Source of the DNA: Octopus vulgaris
Lineage: Eukaryota
Assembly: GCA_951406725.2 (NCBI GenBank)
Contig: OX597825.1
Coordinates: 83,886,001-83,950,000 of the forward strand
Reading direction: 5' to 3'
DNA length: 64,000 nt
The position numbers and the translations under genes were made by a program. The notes under the pieces were generated by a model. That model was given only the letters and a program-made list of their open reading frames with translations. It made no database searches and was not told the origin of the DNA. Below, piece by piece: positions 38,693 through 51,885 of the stretch; the stretch's first letter is position 1; every line of letters starts with the position of its first letter.

Positions 38693-40334
38693 TTCCTTGA
38701 AGCAACTGTTTTTACAATAGATCGACAAATATTCGTGGTCTTGGAACGGGTTCAAATGATTGCTTGAAGAATGACAGCTGGTATTCAAAATTTGAAAAAT
38801 ATGATCCTTTATTACTACAAAGATTTCCTAGAATTTTGGCATCCATTAATACCCTGTACACAACCCCTCACAACATTCCCTCACCAAACCAAATTGAATA
38901 TAAAGAAGAAAAATTAAACAAATGTAATTTTAATTAAGAATTAAAGTTTTAGTGTAGCCGCAATATATGACAAGAGCAGGTAGTATGAGTAGGCTTAATA
39001 AATCTTGATAAATTTGTGACTTAAATTGATGTATTAAATTGCGGGTGAAATTTCATTTAAATGACGATATTTCAATAAAAAAAATTGTAGCTGTCACGGA
39101 ATTGTGAAAGCTAATGAGATTTTAAGATCTTATTTAGAAAGCGAAAAAAGGTCGCTAGTTCACATTAGATGGGCTGTGCTTTTTCTCTTATTTTATCTCT
39201 TCTTTTTTCTTCGCTTTCCTTTCTACAGTCTCTGGAAAATTAAACATTGAAATGGTTTTGGTTAAGAATATTGTTTTTGTTCGGCTTCAAAATGTCATGT
39301 TTGATATGAGCTAATTCATCTGACGAGTAATGATATTCATACGTATAATTTATACAATACAAGAAGGTAGTTCATTTCTTCTTCTCGCTACAATTATCTT
39401 ACAAATTTATATCGGCTTCATTAATTTTTATACAAATTTCTGATTCACCACAATCGTAATTATTTCCTTCCTGAACATTTATCTCTCGTCCCATATTACA
39501 CCTTCCCTTTAACCTACCCTTACTCTCATTCTCTTGCTACACGTTCTTTATTAATTATGCAAAAAAATAGCCGTGGATTTGATTCTAAAGTTTCGAATAT
39601 GGTATTTTCTTGTATCAAGTGTTATACGTTATAAACCATGGATTTCTTTTTTCATTGTCTGTTGTTATTGAGACGCTCACGTCAACTTTGATCAAGCAAA
39701 CCCATGATTGAAAAAGCATTCTGGTCATGATCCTCTGCCCGTTTGCCTTTCAATCATACAGTGTCTGCGACTACATTCCTTTCTATTTTTTCTGAAATAG
39801 CAGTCTGTAATGGGAAGTTGATTTAACTGTTTTTCTCTAGCAGACAGAGCGAACAAATGGAGGCTTATATAGAGACCTGTGTACAGATGTGCACACTTGC
39901 ATCGATATACACATCCACACAAAACTATATGAGCGCGTCTACTACACACCCACATATACAACTATATACTGGCACATGTCGCCCCTTCCAGCTCTACCCA
40001 ACAATCTGACCGACTTCTACTTTATTTTCTGTCCTCCGCGTGGTCAATTTCCTGTTCGCCATGCAGTATTTTCCAACTAACTCTTACCTATGCACCAACA
40101 TCAAACCACGAGACCGCCTGACCATACTCGACCAATCGCAGCCCACCCTACGGTAATAACAATCAACTTCTGTCATTCAAATTGAAAATGGCTGACGACT
40201 AGCATCGCGCTTGAAACTCAAAAGTCACAACGAATTTGAATTAAACTACTTTGATCCATGCATGTAACTCACAATAAATTGGTTGAGTGCCCTCATTTTT
40301 TTGTCCAGTCACTCGCATGTGTATATATATATTT

Positions 40335-40638
40335 CGGAGATGTACTTGCATAGCAAGTGATTTGATCTGAGATCGTGTGCTGAAACGAAAACAATTGCAG
40401 CGTGGAAGGTGTTTGTAAGCCATTTAAGAAACACACAAAAGCCGTTCGATTCACTTCAACATTTAACAGCCGTTCACTGACAAAAATCCGTGCAGCACGG
40501 ATTTTTGTCAGTGAAGAGGTCGCGGTCTTATAGCGACGAAAATATTTTGACAAATTAAACTTAAATGTTGAAGTGAATCGAACGGCTTTTGTGTGTTTCT
40601 TAAATGGCTTACAAACACCTTCCACGCAGCAATTGTTT
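40335..40638. mobile_element. Nested fold-back element (family P2, related to P1)
   Basis: 78-bp arms at 40389-40466 and 40561-40638 (1 mismatch); inner perfect 21-bp hairpin 40473-40515; hammerhead-like module 40507-40551. Confidence 0.85.
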
Positions 40639-40804
40639 ATATATATATTGCAAGAGATAAAAGTAAAAAACAACTCATACCCAGAATAACGCACCGTCTT
40701 ATTTACTAACGAGGGAGGTAAGCTCCCTAAGCACCGGGCATACCCAGATTACCAGTGATTTCGAATTTTCGGCCAGTTAAGCTATCTTTGAACTACATAT
40801 ATAC

Positions 40805-40957
40805 ATGACAGACTTCTTTCAATTTCTGTCTACCGAATCTACTGGCAAAACTTTGGCCAGCCCGATGCTATTGCAGAGAACACTTGTCCTAGGTGCCATG
40901 TCGTCGTAGAACGGAATCTGAAACGTTGGGATTCAGAAATTAACTTCTTATCACACC
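40805..40957 (-). mobile_element. SINE type A 5' part, diverged
   Basis: CTTCTTTCAATTTCTGTCTACCGAATCTACT ... ACACTTGTCCTAGGTGCCA. Confidence 0.7.
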
Positions 40958-41618
40958 GAGCACATATTGCGACAATATTCTTTACAACTATTAGAATTTT
41001 TAAGAACTCAAAGAAATATTGTTCACCTATAGAAAGAAGCAGAAGTCAAAATAGTTTGGCATTTCGCTATGTTATATGTTCGATTTATTTCTTATAATTG
41101 CTTAAAAGTCATTAAATGTTTTCAAGTAATTCTAGTTTATTTTTATTTTGTTTTGTTTCTTTTTCTTCTAGTATTTATTTATTTGTTTCAATGTTTTTCT
41201 TATTGTAAATTTTCTAAAACCAAAATATTGTACAAAACATAATTCTTTTTCTTTTCCTATTTCAGAACTTTACCAATTTCAGTTTTTCTTTAAAAGCGAA
41301 GAAAACACGAGTTCAATAATTTTGTTTTGTATCCACAAAAACAGAAAATGAGAAATGATTTGTGTGGGGTGGGCAGAGATTGTGGAACGACCGATCATTA
41401 TGTTTAAGAGCGTCGGAATCCAACAATGGAGAAGAGCATGCGCACTCAGAATTTTTTGTTTTAGTTACAATACAATATTTAAAAAAAAAAACAATATTAA
41501 GAACAAAAGTTTTGAATTCAAATACATTCCAGTGGTTAAATTTGTGTGTATGCGCGCGCACGCATATGTAACATGATACATTTATATACAATACATATGA
41601 TTATATTTTGTATGTATA

Positions 41619-41651
<33 letters not shown>

Positions 41652-41682
41652 TTATATTTATATGAATATGTATATATATATA

Positions 41683-41741
<59 letters not shown>

Positions 41742-41743
<2 letters not shown>

Positions 41744-42372
41744 TGCAAAAGTGACGTCAGAGCTAAACCATCATCTTGCGAAACCTGTGTCGACTAGGAC
41801 CGTTCGTTTTGAGCTCCATAAAAGTGGTCACCATAGAAAGGTTGCAACTGCTAAACCTCTCTTAGCTCCTACCCACCCCCAACACCGATAAGGTGGCAAG
41901 CTGGCAGAAATGTTAGCGCGCCGGACGAAATGCTTAGCGGTATTTCGCCTGCCGCTACGTTCTGAGTTCAAAATCCGCCGAGGTCGACTTTGCCTTTCAT
42001 CCTTTCGTGGTGGATTAAATAAGTACCAGTTACGCACTGGAGTCGATATAATCGACTTAATCCATTTTTCTGTCCTTGTTTGTCCTCTCTGTGTTTAGCC
42101 CCTTGTGGGTAGTAAAGAATATTTTGTCTACCGTTACGTTCTGAGTTCAAATTCCGCCGAGGTCGACTTTGCCCTTCATCATTTCGGGGTCGATAAATTA
42201 AATACGAGTCACGCACTGGGGTCGATGTAATCGACTTAATACTTTTGTCTCTCCTTGTTTGTCCCCTCTGTGTTAGCTCCTTGTGGGCAATAAAGAAACA
42301 AGAAACACCAATAAGCGACAAAATGGTGTCTAGACTACCAGAAACGGTCAATGGTTCAATAGAACAAATGTA
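41742..42372 (+). pseudogene. Tc1 transposase HTH-region fragment split by a SINE B dimer
   Basis: [40 protein letters not shown] before the SINE; WCLDYQK..SIEQ after it. Confidence 0.8.
41893..42303 (+). mobile_element. SINE type B dimer (B1 tails)
   Basis: Junction at about 42120; TSD AACACC(G/A)ATAAG at 41881-41892 and 42304-42315. Confidence 0.92.
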
Positions 42373-42632
42373 GAATTTCAGAATTAATGGTACACATGTC
42401 AGTTCCCTAAAGGATAAGACGGGTTTAATAGAAAGTTTTGAAATAGTATAACTCACAGTTGGTATAATCGATTCTGATATTATTTATTCACTTCCATAAG
42501 ACACCTGATGACGATTAAGAATAAACATGGTATGAAATATTTTCGAAAAATAAACTATTTTTTCATCTGTAATGATTAGTCTAATATCTCGAATCCAGAC
42601 TGAGATCATGTGCACAACTATTAACAAGATAC

Positions 42633-42648
42633 ATGATGATGATGCTGA

Positions 42649-42720
<72 letters not shown>

Positions 42721-42938
42721 CGATGTTGATGGTGGTGGTGATGACGATGATGATGGTGGTGGTGATGGTGATGGTGGTGGTGGTGGTGGTGGTGGTGGTG
42801 GTGATAATGATGATGATGATGAGGATGATGATGGTGGTGGTGGTGGTGGTGGTGATGATGACGAGGATAATGATGATGATGGTGATGGTGGTGGTGGTGG
42901 TGGTGGTGGTGGTGGTGGTGATGGTGGTGGTTATGGTG
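42633..42938. repeat. (GAT)n/(GGT)n/(GCT)n compound trinucleotide array
   Basis: Directly visible. Confidence 0.95.
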
Positions 42939-43358
42939 TTCTCGAAGAGATCGTATCGATGGAAATATAATGTAGATATAAATATTGTAGATAGACATTC
43001 TAAAGAAGAGATTAATGGTCCGAGAAATTACAATCTTATTAATTCTTCTTGGATATTTCGTTTATTTATGCTCGTTATGCTAGAAAACTAGTTCAAAATA
43101 GTTCGATACAGTTCGATAATAGACACTTCTAATCACTGGCTATCCATTAAAGGGCGATTAACCTCACTTGGTATCTTGATATTATTTCCTGGTCAGCCAC
43201 CTTATCAAAGGCATCCCAATTCTGACCATCACACATTTCTTATTGTCGGATGGAGTCGGTTCAAGTTTACATTAATTACTGCGTCCATTGCCGGACTTTT
43301 TGAAGACGATGGAAACATGATTGCTGACGCAAGCATGTCTCGAACATTTACATTTAGA

Positions 43359-43559
43359 GGGGCAGATATATCTGTGTGGTTAAGAAGCTTGCTTTACGGT
43401 CACGAGGTTTCCGGTTCAGTCCTGTTGCGTGACACCTTGAGCAAGTGTCTTCTACTATAGCCCCGGCTGGAGCAATGCTTTGTGAATGCTAATGTATGGA
43501 AGCCCGTCGTATATGTGTATGTGTATGTACATGTGTGTGTATGTACATGTGTGTGTATT

Positions 43560-43594
<35 letters not shown>

Positions 43595-43830
43595 GCCTTT
43601 GTGTCCGTTTGTCTCACCACCATCATTTGATACTTGGTATTTTGTTATTGGTTTGTTTACGTCCCTCATAACTTAATGATTCGCCAATAGAAACCGATAG
43701 AATAAGTACCAGATTTCAAAATAAAACGTTGTTGGTAGGAGTGCAATTCTTTCGAGCAAACCCTTCGAGAAGGTACTCCATCTTGGCTGCAGTCAAATGA
43801 CTGACACAAACAAAAGATAAACGATAAGAG
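43359..43830 (+). mobile_element. SINE type A, older full-length copy
   Basis: Head, internal TG tract and tail GCAGTCAAATGACTGAC all recognisable. Confidence 0.85.
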
Positions 43831-44076
43831 GCTGCCATATTAAGCTCATATCAATGTTGAAATGTCTGATGTTGTTTTCTTACAAACCCCGCAGGCAATG
43901 TTACTTTTATTCTCCTTCATTCCTTCCATAGTTCTTTATCAACTCTGCCAACTTGATTCCTTACCAATACATTATCTTCTTTTCCATACCACAGACGTTC
44001 TACGATTCTTATCTTAGACGTTTTTTTTTGTTTTTTTTTCGTTAGTTTGTGTTAACAGGCGCTTTTGGTTTTATTC

Positions 44077-44203
44077 TTTTATGCTTTTACTAGTTTCAGT
44101 CATTTGACTGCGGCCATGCTGGAGCACCGTCTTTAGTCGAACAAATCGACCGAAGTACTTACTCTTTGTAAACCTAGTACTTATTCTATCGGCCCGCTAA
44201 GTT
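44077..44203 (-). mobile_element. SINE type A 3' part
   Basis: TTTCAGTCATTTGACTGCGGCCATGCTGGAGCACC. Confidence 0.85.
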
Positions 44204-45299
44204 GTACACGGAATATGCCTTGTAGAGATCTTGAAAGACAACGGTAGAGAGAATACGCTTTATTCTGATAGTAAGAGGCCCCACAAAGAATGTTTGATAC
44301 ACACATACACACGTCACGGATAAGCTCTCCATTGAGCCTCTGCTATTACATAATTCTAGCAGAGAGAAGGATTATGCCCATGAGATTATCCAGGCCGCCA
44401 GAAGGTCTGGGAAATTTCATAGGCATAACCCTTTTATCATTAACTAAACTATGAAAAAATTACTGAAAATTCCATTTGGTTCTATTGGTTCTATAATTCT
44501 ATAAATTATTCCAGCTTTCGTGCAGAGCTTTGTGAAAGACTAAAATTCTCTAAAGCCAGGCAGCAGCAATTCAGAACGACTGCGCATTATATAATATAAC
44601 CATATTAATTGGCCATCGGTCTCGATTCAAACGGGTTGTTAACAAGGTTAAATGTTATTTTGGTTAGAAAAACTGAATATCGTTCGAAAATAGACTAAAA
44701 TCGATATTAGTCAACAATCAAAAACGCGCAAGAATTTATGTTTGCCTGTTGGAAAGGTAGCTGGGTGGATGGGCGGCGGCAGTAATAATGAAATTACTGA
44801 GTTTAGATATTTTGTTTAAATTGCTGCTTCCCTGGCTGCTGCTGCTACTGCTGCTCCTTTTGTTGTTGTTAGTGTTCGTCGTTTTAGTTAATGTTATTGT
44901 TATTGTATGCTACTGTTTGGTCTTCGACCAAGCCGACTACGGTTCGAAACCCCGTGTCCTGATTTTGTACAATGTCCCAGCTTGAAATAATAAATTACTG
45001 ACAGCCTCGATTTACCAAAATGAAGTGATAAGAAGTTTTCGCGGTCACTCGCTCTGTTAGAAATGGTAGCTAAAATTTACTTAAATTATCACTGTACTCA
45101 CCGTCTTAGACAAGGAAGTAAATCTTAGCTAATGTATTCCTTGGTACCCACAAAATGATGGGATGGTCACGAACGGAACACTGTGGCTATTGGTTATGGG
45201 GATCAGGGTATTTTATACACCACAAAGGATCGCAAACGTACATTTTCATTTTTGATCGAGCATTTGGACAATATGGAATTATTTTATCGTGTATATATT

Positions 45300-45740
45300 A
45301 GTTTCAAATTTTGGCACCGAGCCAGCAACTTCGAGGAAAGGGATTAGTCGATTACATCGACCCCAGTTCTCAGCTGGTATCTATTTTCTCCACCCCCAAA
45401 AGGATGAAAGGCAAAGTGGACCCCAGTGGGATTTGAACTCAGAACGTAAAGACAGACGAAGTACCGCTAAGCATTTCGCCCACCATGTTGACGATTCTGC
45501 AAGCGCGCCACCTTTAAGAATTGTAAATATTCCTTTCTACCGTAGGCACAAGGCCCCGAAATTTTGGGGGAGGGAGCCAGTCGATTAGATCGACCCCTGC
45601 TATGCAACTGGTACTTAATTTATTAACCTCGAAAGGATGAAAGGCAAAGTCGACCTCGGTGGAATTTGAACTCAGAACGTAAAGACAGACGAAATGTCAC
45701 TAAGAATTTCATCCGCCGTGTTGACGATTCTGCAAGAATT
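45300..45740 (-). mobile_element. Two tandem SINE type B (B2 tail) copies
   Basis: Cores at about 45400 and 45635. Confidence 0.85.
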
Positions 45741-46248
45741 GTAAATATTGATATAACACTTAGAAATAATATAGCATTTTCTTCAAGTAGCCGCAACAAG
45801 GAGATGTTACCCGACATTATACTAGGAATCTTTGCCTTGAACCCTTTAACTTTAGTGGGGTTCCAATTTCCTGTGGTGTTTCTATCCGAATATGAATGTA
45901 GCATCTTCTATTAGGGTGGTAGTCAAATATTTCATTATCAGATGCCTTTATCCTCTCTGAAACTGGCCCTACATGTTTGAAACATAGAGACATATTTAAC
46001 TGCTATTTCTAGAAGGTTAAACATCCATGTAGAGACTATTTTATTAACTCCTCGATCATATTATGTATTATGTAAGTATTATTGATGAAACTACGACGGA
46101 AAGCAGACACGAAAAATAATATCACGTTTGCTGTCGGAGCAGGAGAAAAGAGCTTGTATCTATATCTCGTTAATCTCCGAATGGGAGAAAGTTTTATAAC
46201 GATTATGAAAATGTGTCAGTCGATTAATTGCAGATGCATACACATGTG

Positions 46249-46304
<56 letters not shown>

Positions 46305-46374
46305 CATACATACATACATACACATACACACACACATACATACATACATGTAGATTGAGAGAGGAAGACAGAGT

Positions 46375-46428
<54 letters not shown>

Positions 46429-46504
46429 AATATAGATAGATATAGATACATACATATATACATACATGTATATTGAGAGAGACAGACTGACAGATTGATA
46501 GATG

Positions 46505-46535
<31 letters not shown>

Positions 46536-46776
46536 TGAGAGACAGACAGACAGACAGACAGACAGGTACATACATACATCCATACATACATGCATACATA
46601 CATATATACATACATAGATGGGTAGACAGATTGAGACAAACAGCCAGATAGATAGATGGATAGATGGATAGAGAAACAGATAGATAGATAGAGAGACAGA
46701 CAGACAGACATGCAAGCAGGCAGGCAGACAGACAGACGGACAAACGGACAGACAGACAGATAGATACATAGATAAG

Positions 46777-47311
46777 TTTCTTTATTGGCCACACAGGGCT
46801 GCACACAGATGGGACAAATTACAAAGTAGAGCTTTTCTTTTGGGGGATGAAAAAAAAAGAGTGGCGTAGGTTTTCGATCAAAAGGGATCGTAAAAAGGAA
46901 AAAAGAAAAGAAGAAAAAAGGAAAAGAAACAAAAGAAAAGAAAAAGGAAAAAAGAAGAAAAAAGAGGAAAAAAGGGGAAGAGGAAAAAAAACAATCAATA
47001 GGGATAGTGTATCACAGTGTCATGATGTACGGTGTAAAGGGGGAAGCAGATAAGGTTTATCTGTGGGAAGAAAAGCCTACGAAAAAGACCACGGTAACCT
47101 CGGTCAATATTGTTATATGTTACCACATTTGTTTGCAAGTGGGTAACCCTCTGTTTTCAATGGGTTCTGGGATTATGCTCAAGGTGGCTTCGTCATTCAT
47201 ACGTGCCATCCTTGCTACATTCACCCATCTTTTTTTAGAACATTCGCTAGACAAAACTTGCCTCTCTACTCTCACTTTCTTTTTCAAGTGGTACTTGAAG
47301 AAGTTGATGAG
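46777..47311 (-). mobile_element. Tx1/L1-like LINE 3' end (ORF2 C-terminus + 3' UTR) inside a (GATA)n array
   Basis: LINFFKYHLKKKVRVERQVLSSECSKKRW resembles the Tx1 ORF2 C-terminus (F...L..R..(L/V)E.....F..RW); ends GGCCAATAAAGAAA; GATA repeats on both sides. Confidence 0.65.
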
Positions 47312-47406
<95 letters not shown>

Positions 47407-47699
47407 CGTTGATATAAAAATTAGTAAGATTATGAGACAAACAGGAGATAAATGAATTTAGAAAAACGAGACGTAAATAAAAAAAAAGCGTACAAATATA
47501 AAGCGAAAACAAAGCAACAACGAAAGAAGTTTGCAATAAAACTAAATACGGCAATGGAAGAAGCACAAGAGAATCTAACGTTTCGGGTAAATATCTTTTA
47601 TCAAATAGAAGAAAAAGCAATAAGAAACACAAGAGAAAAAGAAATATATATGCAATACCGGACTTAAAATCTTTATTTACATTGGTGCCTCGACCTTTA

Positions 47700-47851
47700 A
47701 ATTTTTTTAATTTTCACTTTAAAAAGAAATTTGGGGGCAAAATATGTAGAAGAATATGGAAATTGTGATTCTGAAAAAGGAGATTTGTGGGGTTTCAATT
47801 TTTCAAAAACAAAAAAATATCGGGTATGCAGGACCCGTATGTCATTGGTTA
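47700..47851. mobile_element. Possible piggyBac-like terminus
   Basis: Minus strand TTAA|CCAATGACATACGGGTC...ACCCG; no partner end found. Confidence 0.3.
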
Positions 47852-48284
47852 ATATCTAAAACAAATATTAGTTGTTACCCAAGGCTAGCAGATGAGTATG
47901 TAACATCACGGTGCAACAACACCTCCTTCATTTCTGTAAAGGGCAAAACTGAATCTATACCCGAGGGATAATCCTGTTTACTCTTCAACGCCATTTAGCT
48001 TTGGTCCAATCTAAACCCCACATACCACCTCAACACATTTTATTCCTCATCGAGATAAAATTCTTTTAATCTTTATCTCTAGTCCATCATTTCTGCTCAG
48101 CATTCATTCTTCACCCAAACTCCACATAGACATGCCATTATTTAGATCTAATTCTATGAATAACAAAATCCAATTCCAAACATTAGCTATTCCACCTTCT
48201 CTCGAAACTTTAATGAATTCTTCTGACGTCAATTATATGTATGTGTGTGTGTATGTTTTCTTTTGTTTTTGATTATTTGAATTA

Positions 48285-48873
48285 TACGTCTGGGAAAGGA
48301 ACTGGTTTATAACAAAGGTACAACGGTCCATCGTTGGAATGTAGAAAAAGAACAATGTCACATTTGCATGTTTTTACCGTTCCTCATACAGATTGTAAAT
48401 GTAATGTGAGATTTGGTGCATTTCTTTTCCTGGAAACCCTAGCTTATCCGAATTGTCACTTAGATATTTACTGACAAGTCTTGATTTCTTTTTCTGGAAA
48501 CCCTAGCTTATCCAGATTGCCACAAGACTAAGGGCACCAATTATTATTGGTATAAATGTAAATGTGTAATCTGGATATAGAAACTATGTTTTGAAGCAGT
48601 TTTCCATAGTTACTTTTTCTCTCTTTGTTTTTCAAAGAGACATTCACATTAGCAGGACATCTGACCTCTATGACGGTAGATACTTTTTCTTGTACAACCC
48701 AGACCACAGTATCCGGTCTGTTATGCTTACACTTGATGGATGCTTCGATAGGAATGCTAGGAATGTTCCACCAGTATTCAGTAACAAGGGGATTCTTTAT
48801 ATTTATTCCAGGACAGACTTATTCTTCCCAATTGCATTGTATATTTTTGCTGCTGTTGTTTAGCAAGTGCTGT

Positions 48874-48939
<66 letters not shown>

Positions 48940-49075
48940 ATACTACATTTGAAGGCTTTCTGCAGATCTCAAACCTCTGCCTCCTTTATCTCTTCTTAGG
49001 TAGAGCCTGGCGATGTCACATTTTCTGTGGAGGTTTCCTGTGGATGTTACTATCTTGCTGGTTTTAGCGTCTATA
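48285..49075 (-). mobile_element. R4/Dong-like LINE remnant (RT thumb + RLE endonuclease)
   Basis: DAKTSKIVTSTGNLHRKCDIARLYLRRDKGGRGL; then EYWWNIP...KHNRPDTVVW...VIEVRCPANVN...PIIIGAL; (GA)n at the internal deletion. Confidence 0.88.
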
Positions 49076-49194
49076 TGGATGGATGGATGGAGGGAGGGAG
49101 GGAGGGCGGGAGGGAGGGAGGGATGGATGGGTGGATGGGTGGATCGAAGGAGAGATTGATCTATGGGTGGACGAGTGGATGGATGTGGCATGTT

Positions 49195-49360
49195 TTTTTT
49201 TTCAGTTTACCGAATCCACTTACGAGGCCTTGGTTGGGGGGCCTTGGGTCTGTAGCAGATGACACTTGCCATAGATTCCAAGCAGTGGGTCTGAACCTGA
49301 AACCATGCGGTTCGAAAGCAAACATTGCAACCACACGGCTGTAGCTACAACCACGCCTGA
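49195..49360 (-). mobile_element. SINE type A 5' part, diverged
   Basis: TTTCAGTTTACCGAATCCACT...GACACTTGCC...GAACCTGAAACCATG. Confidence 0.7.
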
Positions 49361-49919
49361 GCCTGTTTATCTGAAAACGAACTGGATAGTCATGGTTGGA
49401 CGATTTTGATTGTAGATGTGTCTGCTGAAACAATACTGCCCAGGGGTTAAACAACAGCCAGAACAACAGCAACATTGGTGTACAAATGTACAAAAATATC
49501 AAACAAAACGAAAAGGAAAGCCATTCACAAGTAAACTAAAAAACAATGATGGCGGTCAGACAAAATGGTGGAGGAAAGTGTATGAAAAGCGTATGAAAAC
49601 AAAGACATACATATATAAAAGAAGTGTGTTGCTATTGGCGACAGGTGTGGATGACTACAGACAAAAATACGATAAATACTATTCCAATAAAACACCATTC
49701 TCTCGTAAGGATTTTTTATTATTTTTTTTTTGTTTTTATGTTTGGTATTGGTTTTTACCTTTTTGTTTCTTTTAAATAGATTATCAAATGGAGAAGTCAA
49801 CAACGCCTACGACAGAAATGTCGGTTTGTAATTCTGGCAATGTAATATACGAGACGATCTCGTTTATTATAGAATTACAAAGGTGGACTTTGTTTTATAT
49901 GCTAGAGGGATTTAATAGG

Positions 49920-50395
49920 GAGAAGAAGATGATGAAGACGAAGGAGGAAGGAGGAGAAGGAGGATGAGGAGAAGAAGAAGAAGAAGAAGGAGGAGGAGGA
50001 GGAGGAGGAGGAGGAGGAAGAGGAGAAGAAGAAGAAGAAGAAGAAGAAGAAGAAAAGGAGAAGAAGGAGACGAAGAAGAGTAAGAAGGAGAAGAAGAAAA
50101 GGAGAAGAAGGAGACGAAGAAGAGGAAGAAGGAGAAGAAGAAGAAGAAGAAGAAGTAGAAGAAAAGGAAGAAGGAGAAGAAGAAAAGGAAGAAGAAGAAG
50201 AAGAAGAAGAAGAAAAGGAAGATGAAGGAGAACAAGGACAAAAAGGAGTAGTAGAAGAAGAAGAACAAGAAGGAGGAGGAGGAGGAGAAGAAGAAGAAGA
50301 AGAAGAAGAAGGAGGAGGAAGAGAAGAAGAAGAAGAAGAAGAAGAAGAAATTATTTTCGATAAGTAAAATAGCAGCAGCAGCAGCAGCAGCAAGA
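49920..50395. repeat. (GAA/GGA)n polypurine tract
   Basis: Directly visible. Confidence 0.95.
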
Positions 50396-50624
50396 GGGGC
50401 GTAATATACGAAGGTGTTTAAATGAAGTGACATATACGTAATTAAATATAAAGCACGCACATGCACACAGGTATATTTCTGTTGTATATATATGTGTGTG
50501 TGTGTGTTTATGTTTGTGTGTGCGTGTGTGTTGTGTGTATGTGAGAAAGTGTGTATGTGTGTATGTGAGTGTCTGCGTGGGCAGGAATGTATGTGTGGAT
50601 ATGTATATATATGTATATATATGC

Positions 50625-50673
<49 letters not shown>

Positions 50674-50801
50674 TACATATATATTTGTATATATAAGTAT
50701 ATATATTTATGAATGTATGCAATAAATATATATATACATATAAATATAAATATGTATATATGTATATATATTTATATTTATATGTATGTACATATATATA
50801 T

Positions 50802-50872
<71 letters not shown>

Positions 50873-51216
50873 TACACAGTCAAGCACACACACACACATA
50901 TCTTAATACAAACATTGATAAGAACAAAATGGTATTAGTTCCACGCTTCTCTGGAGGAAGTCCTAACGTTTGGGACGTTAGTCTTTCATCAAAAAGGAAG
51001 AAAAAAGGAAGGAAAAAGTAAATAGAGAATAGGAGAGAGAAGAAGTCTGTGTATAAAGAACGGACGAAAGAAATAGAATGATGGCAAAGGATTTCTAACC
51101 AGGATGACATGCTGTTCTATGGGGGAGGAGATTAACACTAGAGAAAGGGGTGGGTGCGCAGATGCACGTATTGAGTATAAACAGATGTAAGTGTAGGTAT
51201 ATATGTATATATGTTT

Positions 51217-51449
51217 AAGGCGGCGAGCTGGCAGAAACGTTAGCACGCCGGGCGAAATGCGTAGCCGTATTTCGTCTGTCATTACATTGTGAGTTCGAAT
51301 TCCGCCGCGGTCGATTTTACTTTCATCTTTTCGGGGTCGATAAATTAAGTACCAGTTACGCACTGGGGTCGATGTAATCGACTTAATCCGTTTGTCTGTC
51401 CTTGTTTGCCCCCTCTATGTTTAGTCCCTTGTGGGTAATAAAGAAACAA
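51217..51449 (+). mobile_element. SINE type B (B1 tail), full length
   Basis: TSD GTATATATGTATATATGT at 51197-51214 and 51450-51467. Confidence 0.92.
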
Positions 51450-51562
51450 GTATATATGTATATATGTGATTTGTGTGTGTGTGTGTGTGTAAGTGTAAGC
51501 GAGATTGATGCGTGTAGGAGAGGTGTTTGTGTAACTGTTAACTGGGTAGTGTGAACATGTGG

Positions 51563-51885
51563 AAATGCGTGGGTTCGTGGTTAGGGCATTCGGTTCACGA
51601 TCTTAAGGTCTTGGGTTCGATTCACAGCGGCGCGTTGTGTCCTTGGGTAAGACACTATATTTCCAATGACCCCAGTCCATTCAGCTGTCAAAAATGAGTT
51701 GCACCTGTATTGCAAAACGGACCAGCCGTTGTCACACTCTGTGTCACGCTGAATCTCCCTGAGAACTACATTAAGGGTTTGCGTATCTGTGGAGTGCTCA
51801 ACCACTTGCTCGTTAATATCACGAGCAAATTTCTCCGTTGATCGGATCAACTGGAACATACATCATCGTAACCGACGGAGAACCA
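51563..51885 (+). mobile_element. SINE type D, full length
   Basis: tRNA head with GGTTCGATTC, GTGTCCTTGGGTAAGACACT domain, tail X. Confidence 0.88.

Noticed and set aside
42505-42550. Hammerhead at CTGATGA...CGAAA (also CTGATGA at about 35784, 52960 and 55622)
   Set aside because: Stems I-III cannot be formed convincingly
47560-47620. Hammerhead-like GAAACGTT motifs (also about 50960-50992)
   Set aside because: Possibly decayed Penelope pLTRs, but the core is too degenerate to call
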